From positions 91,419-155,418 of the forward strand of contig JBEKIT010000002.1 of NCBI GenBank assembly GCA_050011555.1: DNA of 64,000 nucleotides. Direction: 5' to 3'. Made by a program: the position numbers and the translations under genes. This stretch comes from Candidatus Dormibacteria bacterium (GTDB lineage: Bacteria; Chloroflexota; Dormibacteria; Aeolococcales; Aeolococcaceae). Shown here piece by piece: positions 44,956 to 54,583 of this stretch. How positions within the stretch are numbered: the stretch's first letter is position 1; every line of letters begins with the position of its first letter. The notes under the pieces are model-generated. The model did not search any database. It was not told where the DNA came from and was given only the letters and a program-made list of their open reading frames with translations.

Positions 44956-45009
44956 TCGCTGACGAGCTCCCCAGCCCGGGACCCCCCTCAATGGCCGAGA
45001 TCGAACCAC

Positions 45010-45034
45010 TTCGTCACGAATAATTCGTCACGAA
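45010..45034. promoter_or_regulatory. Tandem 11-bp palindromes TTCGTCACGAA-taa-TTCGTCACGAA upstream of the ArsR-family gene. Candidate operator.
   Basis: Direct inspection. Each unit is self-complementary (TTCGT/ACGAA). Confidence 0.4.
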
Positions 45035-45139
45035 ACACCTCGAGCACGCGAAACACCCGTTGCCAACCCCTGGCAGTGTCCGGGAAGAACCCGCGGTGCC
45101 ATGTGACCATATTGACACGTGACTGATTAGTAACCTATA

Positions 45140-45931
45140 GTGCCGTCATTGGACGACGACGACAGGGTCTTCCGGGCGCTGGCCGACCCCACCCGGCGGC
45201 ACCTCCTCGACCGGCTCTTCGAGCGCGACGGCCGCACGCTCACCGAGCTCCTCGAGGGGGTGGAGATGAGCCGGTTCGGGGTCATGAAGCACCTGAGGGT
45301 CCTGGAGGAGGCGGGGATGGTGGTGACCCGGCGTGCCGGTCGCGAGAAGCTCCACTTCCTCAACGCCGTCCCGGTCCAACTGATCGCCGACCGCTGGGTC
45401 GGCAAATACACCCGCGAGAGGGCGGCGGCGCTCGTCGACCTCAAAGCGGCACTCGAGGAAGGAGGAGTCCCCGTGTCCCCGACCGCAACCAAGCCCAGGC
45501 AGCTCTACCAGGTCTACATCAAGGCCAGCCCCGAGAAGGTCTGGCAGGCCATCACCACGCCCGAGTTCACCACCCGCTACTTCTACGGGTGCTACATCGA
45601 GTCGACGTTCAAGCCCAAGGCCAAGCTCACCCACTACACGGGGGACCGCTCCTCGGTGATGGTCGAGGGCGAGATCATCGAGGCGGATCCGCCGCACCGG
45701 CTGGTCCACACCTGGAACCTCCGCTACGACCCGAAGTTCGCCGCCGACGCGCCGAGCCAGGTCACCTGGGAGATCGCCTCCGAGGACGGCCAGGTCAGCA
45801 AGCTCACGGTGATCCACGAGTTCGAGACCGAGGACGAGTCCTTCGCCGAGGTCGCCTCCGGCTGGAGCTGGGTGGTCAGCAACCTCAAGACCTTCCTGGA
45901 GACCGGGGAGGCGCTGCCCAGCCACGACTGA
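45140..45931 (+). CDS. ArsR-family HTH regulator fused to an SRPBCC/AHSA1-like ligand-binding domain
   Basis: ALADPTRRHLLDRL ... MSRFGVMKHLRVLEEAGMV wHTH, then an Activator-of-Hsp90-ATPase-like C-terminal half. Confidence 0.7.
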   Translation: MPSLDDDDRVFRALADPTRRHLLDRLFERDGRTLTELLEGVEMSRFGVMKHLRVLEEAGMVVTRRAGREKLHFLNAVPVQLIADRWVGKYTRERAAALVDLKAALEEGGVPVSPTATKPRQLYQVYIKASPEKVWQAITTPEFTTRYFYGCYIESTFKPKAKLTHYTGDRSSVMVEGEIIEADPPHRLVHTWNLRYDPKFAADAPSQVTWEIASEDGQVSKLTVIHEFETEDESFAEVASGWSWVVSNLKTFLETGEALPSHD

Positions 45932-46071
45932 CCGGCGACCATCGGACGCCGGAGGTCACCGAACGCCGGTGACTCCTCAGGGTGCCGCCGCTCCGCCGTG
46001 GGGCGGCGGCATCGAGGCCTCGCGCCGTCGCGGGGCCGGGCTGGGCGGCCCCACCGAGTGAGGCTCGCCGC

Positions 46072-47100
46072 TCAGGGCAGGGGGTGAGCCGCGAAGAAGG
46101 CCCAGATCACGCTGTCGGCGTCGACCGCGTTCGATTGCGGGCCGAGCAAGCTGGTCAGCGAGCTCGGCATGGCCGGGCCGCCCGGCCACTCGTGGCCCTC
46201 CCCGGTGACGCTGTAGAGCGCGACGCTCGCCCCCCCGCCGCAGCCCTGATACACCGTCAGCGTGTAGCCGGAGCCGCCGGTGGTGGCGGGTGTCGTCGAG
46301 CACTGGTCCTGCTCCGCCCAATCCAGCGCCGCCTGGGGGACCGAGTACGTCCAGTACGCCTCCCCGTTGCCGTCGTAGGGGTCGACCGGATCGGCGGTGC
46401 CGTGGAAGGCGATGACCGGCACGGCGCGGGTCGCCGGGCAGGGAGTCGGGCGGCGCAGCCCGCTCACCGGGGCCACCGCGGCGAAGATCGGGGAGGCGTC
46501 GCAGCCGAGCTGGCTGGCCATGCGGGCGCCTCCGGAGAAGCCGGTGGCGTACACCTCGGAGGTGTCGACGCAGTACCGGGCCTCCAGGGCGCCGACCAGC
46601 TGGGTGAGAAAGGAGACGTCGTCGGCGGAGCCGCCCGGCTTCCCGCGACCGCCCACCAGCGGTTCCCCGGGCACGTTCCAGTCGAAGCCCGTCCCGTCCC
46701 GGATCAGCCCCTGCGGGTAGGCGACGATGAAGCCGTCGCGGTCGGCGGTCGCGTCCATGCCGCTGAAGCTCTCCTGGTCTGAGGCGGTGGCACCGCTGCC
46801 GTGCAGGTTGAGCACCAGCGGAGTTGGGCTGGAGGCGCCGTAGCCGGTGGGGACGTGGACGATGACGAGGCGGCTGTGGCCTCCCACCCGCAGGCTGAGC
46901 GTCACCGACCCGGACGACGCCGCCTGGCCGCAGCCGCTGGCGCCCGCCACCGCCGGCAGGGCCAGGCTCGAGGTCGCGACCTCGGTCGCGCTGCCCGCGC
47001 TGTGACAGGCGCTGACCAACACGCAGATGGCCGCCGCCATCGCGATCCGCCCGACCACGGCGCCCGACAACCGGGGGCGTGACAACCGGGTGGGTGTCAC
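46072..47100 (-). CDS. Secreted esterase of the PHB-depolymerase / LpqC-like alpha/beta-hydrolase family
   Basis: Signal peptide, LNLHGSG, and the GFSGGARMAS nucleophile elbow. Confidence 0.7.
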   Translation of the reverse strand: MTPTRLSRPRLSGAVVGRIAMAAAICVLVSACHSAGSATEVATSSLALPAVAGASGCGQAASSGSVTLSLRVGGHSRLVIVHVPTGYGASSPTPLVLNLHGSGATASDQESFSGMDATADRDGFIVAYPQGLIRDGTGFDWNVPGEPLVGGRGKPGGSADDVSFLTQLVGALEARYCVDTSEVYATGFSGGARMASQLGCDASPIFAAVAPVSGLRRPTPCPATRAVPVIAFHGTADPVDPYDGNGEAYWTYSVPQAALDWAEQDQCSTTPATTGGSGYTLTVYQGCGGGASVALYSVTGEGHEWPGGPAMPSSLTSLLGPQSNAVDADSVIWAFFAAHPLP

Positions 47101-47219
47101 CGGGGTGCGTTGAGGGGGATGCGCGTGGGACCTGTCACCAAGGATGGGCTCTCGGTGGTGCCTTTTCGGTCAGCGCAGAAAGCGTAGCAGCGGCCCCACG
47201 GGCCACCCCGGCCGCGAGA

Positions 47220-47465
47220 TCAGCCGGTGTAGCCCTCGACGGTCTCCGGCGGGCGCACCGACGCCTCGTCGGGGTCCAGGCCGTATTCCCGCCGGGCCTG
47301 CCGCTGGCGCAGCAGGTCCCAGCACTGGTCCAGGTGCACCTGCACGTCGCGGAGCCGGCGCCGCTGATCCTCGTCCATCCCCACGCCCCCCGCCGCGCGG
47401 GCGTAGAGCGCGTCCTCCTCACCGACAAGCCGCTCGATGTGCTGCAGGACCTCGGTGTCTTCCAT
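47220..47465 (-). CDS. DUF2630-like small protein, 81 aa
   Basis: Short, conserved-looking charged helical protein. The start MEDTEVLQHIERL lies within a longer ORF. Confidence 0.45.
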   Translation of the reverse strand: MEDTEVLQHIERLVGEEDALYARAAGGVGMDEDQRRRLRDVQVHLDQCWDLLRQRQARREYGLDPDEASVRPPETVEGYTG

Positions 47466-47565
47466 GATCGACCTCCTGGTATCGCCGGCGGGGCTCGAAG
47501 CCGGGGCCGAGCTCCGGTGCCATCTCTGACCTTGCTCGCGCCACCTGCTTGATACCATCCTGGGC

Positions 47566-47964
47566 ATGGCAACTCTGGGCACCTCCCAGCTCTTCGCCGG
47601 ATTGCCTGAACGCGAGATCAAGGAGATCGTCGAGAAGTTCGAGGAGGTGCGCCATCCGGCGGGGTGGGAGGTCACCCCGGGGGGCGGCGCCGGTGCCGGG
47701 TTCATGGTCGTCGGGGACGGGCAGCTCGACGTGGTGCTGCCCGATGGACGCACCCGGGAGCTCGGTCCCGGGGAAGCCTTCGGCGAGATGGCGCTGCTCG
47801 ACAAGGGACGGCGCAGCGCCACCGTGCGAGCCCGGACCGACGTGACCATCTACTGGCTTCCGGCGTGGGAGTTCAAGCCCCTCCTGATCGACCATCCGGA
47901 GGTCAGCTACCGCCTGTTGGAGCAGCTGAGCCGCCGGCTCCGGCGGGCGGAGGGGGCCGGCTGA
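47566..47964 (+). CDS. Stand-alone cyclic-nucleotide-binding (cNMP) domain protein, with no DNA-binding or effector domain
   Basis: GEAFGEMALL ... RSATVRA phosphate-binding cassette. Confidence 0.65.
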   Translation: MATLGTSQLFAGLPEREIKEIVEKFEEVRHPAGWEVTPGGGAGAGFMVVGDGQLDVVLPDGRTRELGPGEAFGEMALLDKGRRSATVRARTDVTIYWLPAWEFKPLLIDHPEVSYRLLEQLSRRLRRAEGAG

Positions 47965-48077
47965 GCCGTCCCGGGCTCCCGGGGAGGCGGCCCGGCTTCC
48001 CTGCCATCCTCTGATGACGCGGTGACGCAGCGCCCGCCCCGGGCGAGGATCGCCACCACGCAGCGGGAGGAAGGTCC

Positions 48078-48809
48078 ATGAGCACGCTGGCACGATCACT
48101 GCTCGACGACGTCCGGCAGACCCTGTTTCCACGCCGGGGCGCGAGGCACGGCTTGCTGCCGCCCCTGCTGGTCGGCATGACCGTCATCACCGGCGTGGTC
48201 GACGCCTTCAGCTACCTCGTGCTGGGCCACGTCTTCGTGGCCAACATGACCGGCAATGTCGTCTTCCTCGGCTTCGCCCTGGCCGGGGTCGGCGGGTTCT
48301 CGGTGGTCACCTCGGTGGTCGCGGTGGGCGCCTTCGTCGTGGGCGCCGCCGGCGGTGGGCTCCTCCGCTCGCACCTGGGCACCCGGGTTGGGCGACATCT
48401 CGCCGCGGCCACCGGGATCCAGCTGCTCCTGATGGCGGTGGCGCTGCTCCTCTCCGCGGTCGTGGCCGGGTCGGTGCACGGCGCGCTCCGCGACGGACTG
48501 GTGGCCATCCTGGCGGCCGCCCTCGGCATCCAGAACGCCACCGCACGCGGGCTGGCCGTCCCCGACCTGACGACCACGGTGCTCACCCTGACCATCACCG
48601 GCATCGCCGCCGACGCCCGCGCGGCAGGGGGCAGCGGGGCCAGAGCCGGCCGCCGCCTGATCTCGGTCGCCGCCATGCTGGCGGGAGCCGTCGTCGGCGC
48701 CGTGCTCATCCTCCGCGGCCAGGTGACCGCCGCTCTGGCGGTGGCGGTGATCCTGATGGCGGCGATCGTGGCGTCGACCCGGTGGGTCCCGAGGTGGGCC
48801 GGCACCTGA
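48078..48809 (+). CDS. DUF1275 (YoaK-like) membrane protein
   Basis: ITGVVDAFSYL ... ANMTGN signature. Confidence 0.7.
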   Translation: MSTLARSLLDDVRQTLFPRRGARHGLLPPLLVGMTVITGVVDAFSYLVLGHVFVANMTGNVVFLGFALAGVGGFSVVTSVVAVGAFVVGAAGGGLLRSHLGTRVGRHLAAATGIQLLLMAVALLLSAVVAGSVHGALRDGLVAILAAALGIQNATARGLAVPDLTTTVLTLTITGIAADARAAGGSGARAGRRLISVAAMLAGAVVGAVLILRGQVTAALAVAVILMAAIVASTRWVPRWAGT

Positions 48810-48880
48810 GACGCACCGCGTGCTCCCGCCGGCACCGCCCACCCGACACCTGATGCAGGACTCGAGGCTGTGACCAAGTC

Positions 48881-49912
48881 ATGGTGGCGGTGAGCGCCCG
48901 CCAGGCCCGGTGCCATCCTCAGCCTGCCGTGGTCGACAACGTCTGCACCGGGTGCTGGAGGTGGTTTCCCGGCACGGCCAGGACCTGCCCCGGGTGCGGC
49001 GCTCCGCTCACCCCCTCCAACGCCGCCGCGGCATCGCCCGCCCTCGCCGATCCTCCGCGCCCGCCGGCGCCCGCCCCGGCGGCGGCGGTTGCCGCCCCGC
49101 CCCGCAGCCATCGGCTCCTCTGGGTGCTGGTCTTCACGATCGTCCTGAGCTTCGCGATGGGCATCTTCCCCCTGCCCCAGCTCGGCCTCTGGGGCAACCC
49201 GGGCTGCAGCTTCCCCGGCGCCACCTGCACCCGAGTCCTCTTCATCGGCAACAGCTACACGTCGGTCAACGACCTCCCGGACACGTTCGCCGACCTGGCC
49301 TGGGCCGGCGGCCATCGAGTCCAGACCCAGGCGCTCGACGAGGGTGGATGGACCCTCCAGGAGCACCTGGCCGCACCCGAGACGGCGACGACCCTCGCCT
49401 CCGAGCATTGGGACGTGGTCGTCCTCCAGGAGCAGAGCCAGATCCCGTCGCTGGCCGTGGACCGGACCCAGATGATGTACCCGGCGGCCACCGGCCTGGT
49501 CGCGGAGATCCGCGCCCGCGACGCGCAGCCGATGCTCTACCTGACGTTCGCCCACCAGGACGGCTGGCCCGAGGAGGGACTCGCCGACTACCCGACCATG
49601 CAGACGGCCATCGACACCGGCTACCTCGGGATCGCCGACCAGCTCAGCGTGCCGGTGGCGCCGGTCGGCGTCGCCTGGGAGGCGGTGGTCGGCCAGGCCT
49701 CGCATCCGGCCCTGTGGGAGTCGGATGGCAGCCACCCGACGGCGAGCGGTACGTACCTCGCCGCCTGCGTCTTCTACGCGACGATCTTCCGGGAGAGCCC
49801 GGTCGGGCTCGGCGATGACGGCGGCCTCCCCGCCAGCGAGGCCCACGACCTCCAGGCCGTGGCGGCCGCCACCGTGCTCGGTGATCCCACCGAGTGGGGG
49901 CTGCCCGCGTAG
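48881..49912 (+). CDS. Zinc-ribbon - TM - SGNH/GDSL-like hydrolase domain protein
   Basis: CTGCWRWF...CPGCG ribbon, one TM, then the VLFIGNSYT block I (GNSxT) and the C-terminal DGSHP block V. Confidence 0.55.
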   Translation: MVAVSARQARCHPQPAVVDNVCTGCWRWFPGTARTCPGCGAPLTPSNAAAASPALADPPRPPAPAPAAAVAAPPRSHRLLWVLVFTIVLSFAMGIFPLPQLGLWGNPGCSFPGATCTRVLFIGNSYTSVNDLPDTFADLAWAGGHRVQTQALDEGGWTLQEHLAAPETATTLASEHWDVVVLQEQSQIPSLAVDRTQMMYPAATGLVAEIRARDAQPMLYLTFAHQDGWPEEGLADYPTMQTAIDTGYLGIADQLSVPVAPVGVAWEAVVGQASHPALWESDGSHPTASGTYLAACVFYATIFRESPVGLGDDGGLPASEAHDLQAVAAATVLGDPTEWGLPA

Positions 49913-50012
49913 CCCCGCCGGCGATGGCCGCGAGGAGGGACGCGAGACTCAGGGCGCCGCCCGTCGTGCGGGCGGGTCACCGCGCCTGATGCCGGGAGTC
50001 GCGGCTGACCTT

Positions 50013-50726
50013 CTACGGAGACGTGCCCGCCAGACGGCGCACCGCGTCGGGGAGACCGGTGAGGTCCGCGAGGATCGCGGCGGCGAGGGAGGGGTCGTGG
50101 GGCTCGCCCAGCCGATTGATCCAGATGCTCGGGATCCCCAGCGTGGCACAGGGGCGGATGTCGTGGTGGTGGCTCTGGGCGACATGGATCCACCGCGCCG
50201 GGGCGTAGACGTCTCGGAAGTGGTGGAAGTGGGCCGGGTCGGGCTTGTACGCGCCGACGTCCTCGGCGGTGACCACTGCGTCGAAGGGGACGGGGAGGCG
50301 CCGGCGGGTGAGCGCGATCAGCTCCCGATCGCAGTTGGTGAGCAGGGCGAGCCGCCACCCGTCGTCGCGGCACGCCGTCAGCGCACCCCCGACATCGGGG
50401 AAGACCGGCCAGTACGGCAGGGTGACGGCCAGCGCGCCGGCGTCGTCCTCGTGCAGGGGCAGCGAGAGGTCGGCGGCCGCCCGGCGCAGCCCCTCGGTCA
50501 GGACCTCGCGGTACCGGGGCGCCGGCGTCCCCCGCTCGATCTCCAGCTCGTGGTCCAGGTACGCGTCGCGGACCTCGTCGCCCCGGCCGGGGAAGAGCAG
50601 CTCCCCGGTGATCGTGAAGCCATGGCGCCAGTCCACCAGGGTCCCGAAGCAGTCGAAGCTGAGCCAGCGCGCGGGCACGGGCGCGAGGGTAGCAAGGAAC
50701 GGGGGCGTCCACGCAACGGCGTCCAC
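50013..50726 (-). CDS. HAD-superfamily hydrolase (haloacid dehalogenase-like)
   Basis: FDCFGTLVD motif I. TN motif II. The K...D motif region. Confidence 0.7.
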   Translation of the reverse strand: MDAVAWTPPFLATLAPVPARWLSFDCFGTLVDWRHGFTITGELLFPGRGDEVRDAYLDHELEIERGTPAPRYREVLTEGLRRAAADLSLPLHEDDAGALAVTLPYWPVFPDVGGALTACRDDGWRLALLTNCDRELIALTRRRLPVPFDAVVTAEDVGAYKPDPAHFHHFRDVYAPARWIHVAQSHHHDIRPCATLGIPSIWINRLGEPHDPSLAAAILADLTGLPDAVRRLAGTSP

Positions 50727-50753
50727 ACGGCAGCTCCGCGGAGAATACCCGTC

Positions 50754-51209
50754 ATGGCCACCCGCTACCTCCGCCCCGGCTGGTTCACCACCAACGTCTT
50801 CAACCGGCTCGTGGCGGGGCTCACCCGCATCGGGATGAGCGTGCTCGGGTCACGGATCCTGGCCGTGCGCGGCCGCAAGACCGGCCAGTGGCGGACCACC
50901 CCGGTGAACCTGCTCACCCATGAGGGTGCGCGCTACCTGGTGGCGCCGCGGGGCGTCACCCAGTGGGTGCGCAACGTCCGCGCCGGTAGTGACGTGGAGC
51001 TGCGCATCGGGCGCCGTCGCGAGCCGGTCGCGCTGGTGGAGCTCGAGGGCGACGAGAAGATCCCGGTGCTGCGCGCGTACCTGCGGCGGTGGAAGATGGA
51101 GATCGGCGCCTTCTTCCAGGGGGTGGGACCGGACGCTCCGGACCCCGACCTGGCTGCGATCGCGCCGGGTTACCCGGCATTCCGGGTGGAGACGCGCAGG
51201 CCGGTCTGA
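50754..51209 (+). CDS. Deazaflavin (F420H2)-dependent nitroreductase family protein (DUF385/Ddn-like)
   Basis: Family-typical N-terminus and a split-barrel-size protein (151 aa). Confidence 0.65.
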   Translation: MATRYLRPGWFTTNVFNRLVAGLTRIGMSVLGSRILAVRGRKTGQWRTTPVNLLTHEGARYLVAPRGVTQWVRNVRAGSDVELRIGRRREPVALVELEGDEKIPVLRAYLRRWKMEIGAFFQGVGPDAPDPDLAAIAPGYPAFRVETRRPV

Positions 51210-51315
51210 CCGCGGCGTCGCGTCGCCCCTGGTGGCGCGATCCCAGGTCACGAGGCGGACGGGCGAGCCGCGCGCCAGGGGCGTCTCGGACGGGCTCGCC
51301 GGTGCCTCTTCCGGG

Positions 51316-51891
51316 TCAGGCCGCCGGCGTGCGGCCCGCGGGAGCCGAGGGGAGCCTGGTCAGCTCGACCCCCATGTCGGCCAGGTGGAGGAGGGCGGCA
51401 CGCCGAGCATCCTCCGCGCTCAGCGCACCGAGCCCGGGCCGCTCGATGGGCTCCGAGGCCGTGGCCTCGGGGTCGACGGCCACCCGCAGGTCGAGCATGA
51501 GCGCCTCGCGCGCGGTCGTGGAAACGCACATATGGGTGAGGAAGCCGGTTATCAGCACCTCGGAGACCTCCCGCGCCGCCAGCCAGTCGCCGACCCCAGT
51601 GCCGGTGAAGGCCCCGAACACCTCCTTGACGAACTCCGCCTCGGTCTCGGCGCCGGGGCGGGGACCGAAGCCTGGCGTGAACTCGGCACCCCACGTCCCC
51701 GGCAGGAACCGGCGCGCGTTGCCCGGGCGGTTGTGGTGGCGGATCCAGGCGATCGGCCAGCCCTGGGCGCGGGCCTCCTCGACGCGTCGCTCGATGGCGG
51801 CGACCGCCTCGGCGTGGCCGGGGACCGGCATCAGGCCCTGCGGCGAGAACTCGTTCTGAGCGTCGACCACGACCAGCGCACGCATCCTCAT
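51316..51891 (-). CDS. Isochorismatase-family cysteine hydrolase
   Basis: ALVVVDAQNEF and the catalytic Cys region LITGFLTHMCV. Confidence 0.75.
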   Translation of the reverse strand: MRMRALVVVDAQNEFSPQGLMPVPGHAEAVAAIERRVEEARAQGWPIAWIRHHNRPGNARRFLPGTWGAEFTPGFGPRPGAETEAEFVKEVFGAFTGTGVGDWLAAREVSEVLITGFLTHMCVSTTAREALMLDLRVAVDPEATASEPIERPGLGALSAEDARRAALLHLADMGVELTRLPSAPAGRTPAA

Positions 51892-51985
51892 CTCCCTCCG
51901 TTCGGGGGCCACAATGCTCATCCCGCCAGGGCTCAACTCCAGCGGGCTCCATGATGACCCGCCGGCAAGGGGGGCCATCGCCAGG

Positions 51986-52357
51986 TCAGTCGTCTGAGGT
52001 GATGCGGCACGCGGGAGTGCTGCCGGGCAGCCGATGCCGGAAGCGAGCGACCAGACCGTAGACAGCCCAGGCGATCCAGGAGAAGGGTGGGGTCAGACAC
52101 ATCCAGCTCACCAGTGACCACCACCTGCCGCATGCCTGGAGCGCCTTCCCGATGGCCCGATGGCCACGATGCAGATGACCAGCTCTGTCGATCCACCACA
52201 CGGCTGCCGACACGTCCCGCGCCGTCAGGCCGTATGCGGCCAGGTCGACCCGCTGTCCCGGTGCGACATCCGCGTCCCTGAGCCGGCGCTCGGCCCACGT
52301 GGCGCAGGCGGTGCAGAAGCCGCACTCGCCGTCGAAGATGAGCAGCGGTCTCCTCAT
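51986..52357 (-). CDS. Thiol-disulfide oxidoreductase DCC (DUF393) family
   Basis: LIFDGECGFC motif. Confidence 0.7.
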   Translation of the reverse strand: MRRPLLIFDGECGFCTACATWAERRLRDADVAPGQRVDLAAYGLTARDVSAAVWWIDRAGHLHRGHRAIGKALQACGRWWSLVSWMCLTPPFSWIAWAVYGLVARFRHRLPGSTPACRITSDD

Positions 52358-52408
52358 GTGCGGCGACCTGGTGTCGATGGACGAGGGCTCTCTCACCAAA
52401 TCATAACC

Positions 52409-52484
52409 TGGTACCCGCTACAGGACTCGAACCTGTGACCAAGGGATTAAGAGTCCCCTGCTCTACCAACTGAGCTAAGCGGGC
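52409..52484 (-). tRNA. tRNA-Lys (anticodon CTT)
   Basis: The reverse complement GCCCGCTTAGCTCAGTTGGTAGAGCAGGGGACTCTTAATCCCTTGGTCACAGGTTCGAGTCCTGTAGCGGGTACCA folds as a canonical cloverleaf with encoded CCA. The 7-nt anticodon loop is CUCUUAA. Confidence 0.85.
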
Positions 52485-52534
52485 CCGTGCGGGGCCGACG
52501 ATCCTGGCCGCCGGCCGCCCCTCGCCGACCGATT

Positions 52535-53323
52535 CTACCGCCGCGCGGCGCCGGCGCTCGGGGAGCCGGGACGGCCTCCGACCACCCCCCGCCACCGCTT
52601 CAGGTTCAATTCGATCAGCGAGCGGCGCTGCTGCCCCAGCCGCATGGAGATCGGCGGGCCGGCCGGGTCGAGGGCCCGGAGCGGCGAGGTGGTGCGGGCC
52701 TCGATCGCTCGGCGGAGGTCGGCGGCCCCGCTCCCCGGGTAGACGGTGACCAGCCGGCCGAGGTCGTGGATGCCGAAGTGGCTGTCCCCGGCCGCCATCA
52801 TCGCCCCCACCCGCTCCCGGTTGGCGGCACAGAACTCGTCCAGCCGCTTCCAGGTCCCGGGGGCCACCGGGGCGGTGTGGCGGACCTCGATCCCGTCGAT
52901 CGCATGGGTCTCCAGGAGCCGGCGGAGGCGCCCCTCCGTGATCGAGGCGAACCATGTCGGCATGAACGGATGGGCCACCACGGCCAGCCCGCCGGCATCG
53001 TGGATCGCGTCGATCGTGTCCTCGACCGGCATGTGCATCCGGATCGCCCGGCGGATGAAGAGGGCCACCACATGGATCCCCGGCGGGAAGGCGCAGGTCA
53101 CCTCCTCGCCCGTCACCACATCGACCCCCAGCTCGGCGCCGACCTCGGTGGCCTCCTCCAGCGGCGAGAGGGTGTCGTGATCGGTGATACAGATCACCGA
53201 GAGCCCGATCGCGGCGGCGGCTCTCACCAGCTCCACGGCGGTGACCATGCCGTCGCTCGCCAGGGTGTGACTGTGGGCCTCGGCCGCGCTCAGGCCCTCG
53301 CCCAGCTCGATGCGGTCAGGCAC
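52535..53323 (-). CDS. PHP-domain metal-dependent phosphoesterase
   Basis: VICITDHD ... the His-rich PHP motifs. Confidence 0.7.
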   Translation of the reverse strand: MPDRIELGEGLSAAEAHSHTLASDGMVTAVELVRAAAAIGLSVICITDHDTLSPLEEATEVGAELGVDVVTGEEVTCAFPPGIHVVALFIRRAIRMHMPVEDTIDAIHDAGGLAVVAHPFMPTWFASITEGRLRRLLETHAIDGIEVRHTAPVAPGTWKRLDEFCAANRERVGAMMAAGDSHFGIHDLGRLVTVYPGSGAADLRRAIEARTTSPLRALDPAGPPISMRLGQQRRSLIELNLKRWRGVVGGRPGSPSAGAARR

Positions 53324-54404
53324 CCACGGTCCCGACCGCGGCCGGCGTCGCCTCCAGGATGGGACGGGCGGTGCGGAGGACGGCGACGCGGGGAACGACC
53401 AGCCGCATCATCACCCACCATGCGCCCGCGGCCAGGATCACCCCGCCGATGACGTCCACCACGTAGTGCTCGCCCAGGAAGACCACGCTGACGAAGACCA
53501 GCAGCGACCAGACGAAGAGGATCCACGAGCCGCGCGGGTAGGGCCGGCGGAGGGCGAGCCAGGCCAGGGTGGGGAAGGCGGCGTGCAGCGAGGGGAAGGC
53601 GGCGGTCGGGTTGGGGTTGACGAGCTGGTAGTAGGGGCTGATGGCACTCGGCAGGGTGTGCTGCGAGCTGATGAGGTCGGTGACGCCGTTCAGCACGTGG
53701 TGCTGGGCCGCGTACCAGGGCGGCGCCGTCGGCACCAGCATGAAGAAGATGAATCCCACCATGCACATCCCGAGCAGCGCGGTCACGAAGCGCAGGTACT
53801 GGGCGCGGTCCTTGAGCCAGAGCACCAGCCCCACCAGGAGCGGGACCACGAAATGGCAGAAGTAGACCGCGGTCGCGGCCACGGCCAGCACGTGCAGGGT
53901 CGTGCCGCCCACCGCGTGCTGGAGGACCTCGGTGGGGTCGTGGCCGAAGAAGAGCCACTTCTCCAGGTTGGCGAGGCTCGCCACCTGAGGGGCGATGCCA
54001 TCGTTGTGGACGATCCCGCGCATCGCCTCCCAGCCCAGGAAGATGGCGATGAAGGGTACCCAGTCGCCGATGAAACGGAAGAACCTGCCGCTCAGGAGCG
54101 CGACCGGGATGAAGATCAGCAGGAGGTAGTCGGGTGAGACCGAGATCCCCCGCCAGATCATGATCCCGGCGACGACGACGACATAGGCGAGCCCGATGAC
54201 GACCATCGGACCGGAGCGGCGGGCCCAGGCGGGCCGGCGGCTCACGCGGGAGAGGATGGTGCCGGGCCCGGCGCGGACGCCGCCCGCCCCTGGCCCGTCG
54301 CCAGTACCGGTGCTCGCCCTGGCGGGGTCGGAGCCACCCACGGCCGGCTGCGTGGCGCCACTCTCCGAGGACATCCCGGGCAGTCTAGCGACCGGGAGCT
54401 TCAC
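53316..54404 (-). CDS. PAP2-superfamily membrane protein (PAP2_3 / AUR1-like)
   Basis: PSLHAA and GEHYVVDVIGG motifs in a polytopic membrane protein. Confidence 0.6.
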   Translation of the reverse strand: MKLPVARLPGMSSESGATQPAVGGSDPARASTGTGDGPGAGGVRAGPGTILSRVSRRPAWARRSGPMVVIGLAYVVVVAGIMIWRGISVSPDYLLLIFIPVALLSGRFFRFIGDWVPFIAIFLGWEAMRGIVHNDGIAPQVASLANLEKWLFFGHDPTEVLQHAVGGTTLHVLAVAATAVYFCHFVVPLLVGLVLWLKDRAQYLRFVTALLGMCMVGFIFFMLVPTAPPWYAAQHHVLNGVTDLISSQHTLPSAISPYYQLVNPNPTAAFPSLHAAFPTLAWLALRRPYPRGSWILFVWSLLVFVSVVFLGEHYVVDVIGGVILAAGAWWVMMRLVVPRVAVLRTARPILEATPAAVGTVGA

Positions 54405-54583
54405 ACGCTCTTAACGTGCTCCCGCAGCAGGCCGGCGCGCGGACACCCCGAGAGGCGGCTGGCGTCCCGGCTCGTCGCGCTCCCTGGGCAGGAGGACGCC
54501 GAGTGGCCGGACCCGCGCCGGCCGGCCGGCCCCCGGGCTGAGAGGACCATGAGAAGCGACACCCGAGTCCGTGAGCGGATCAA

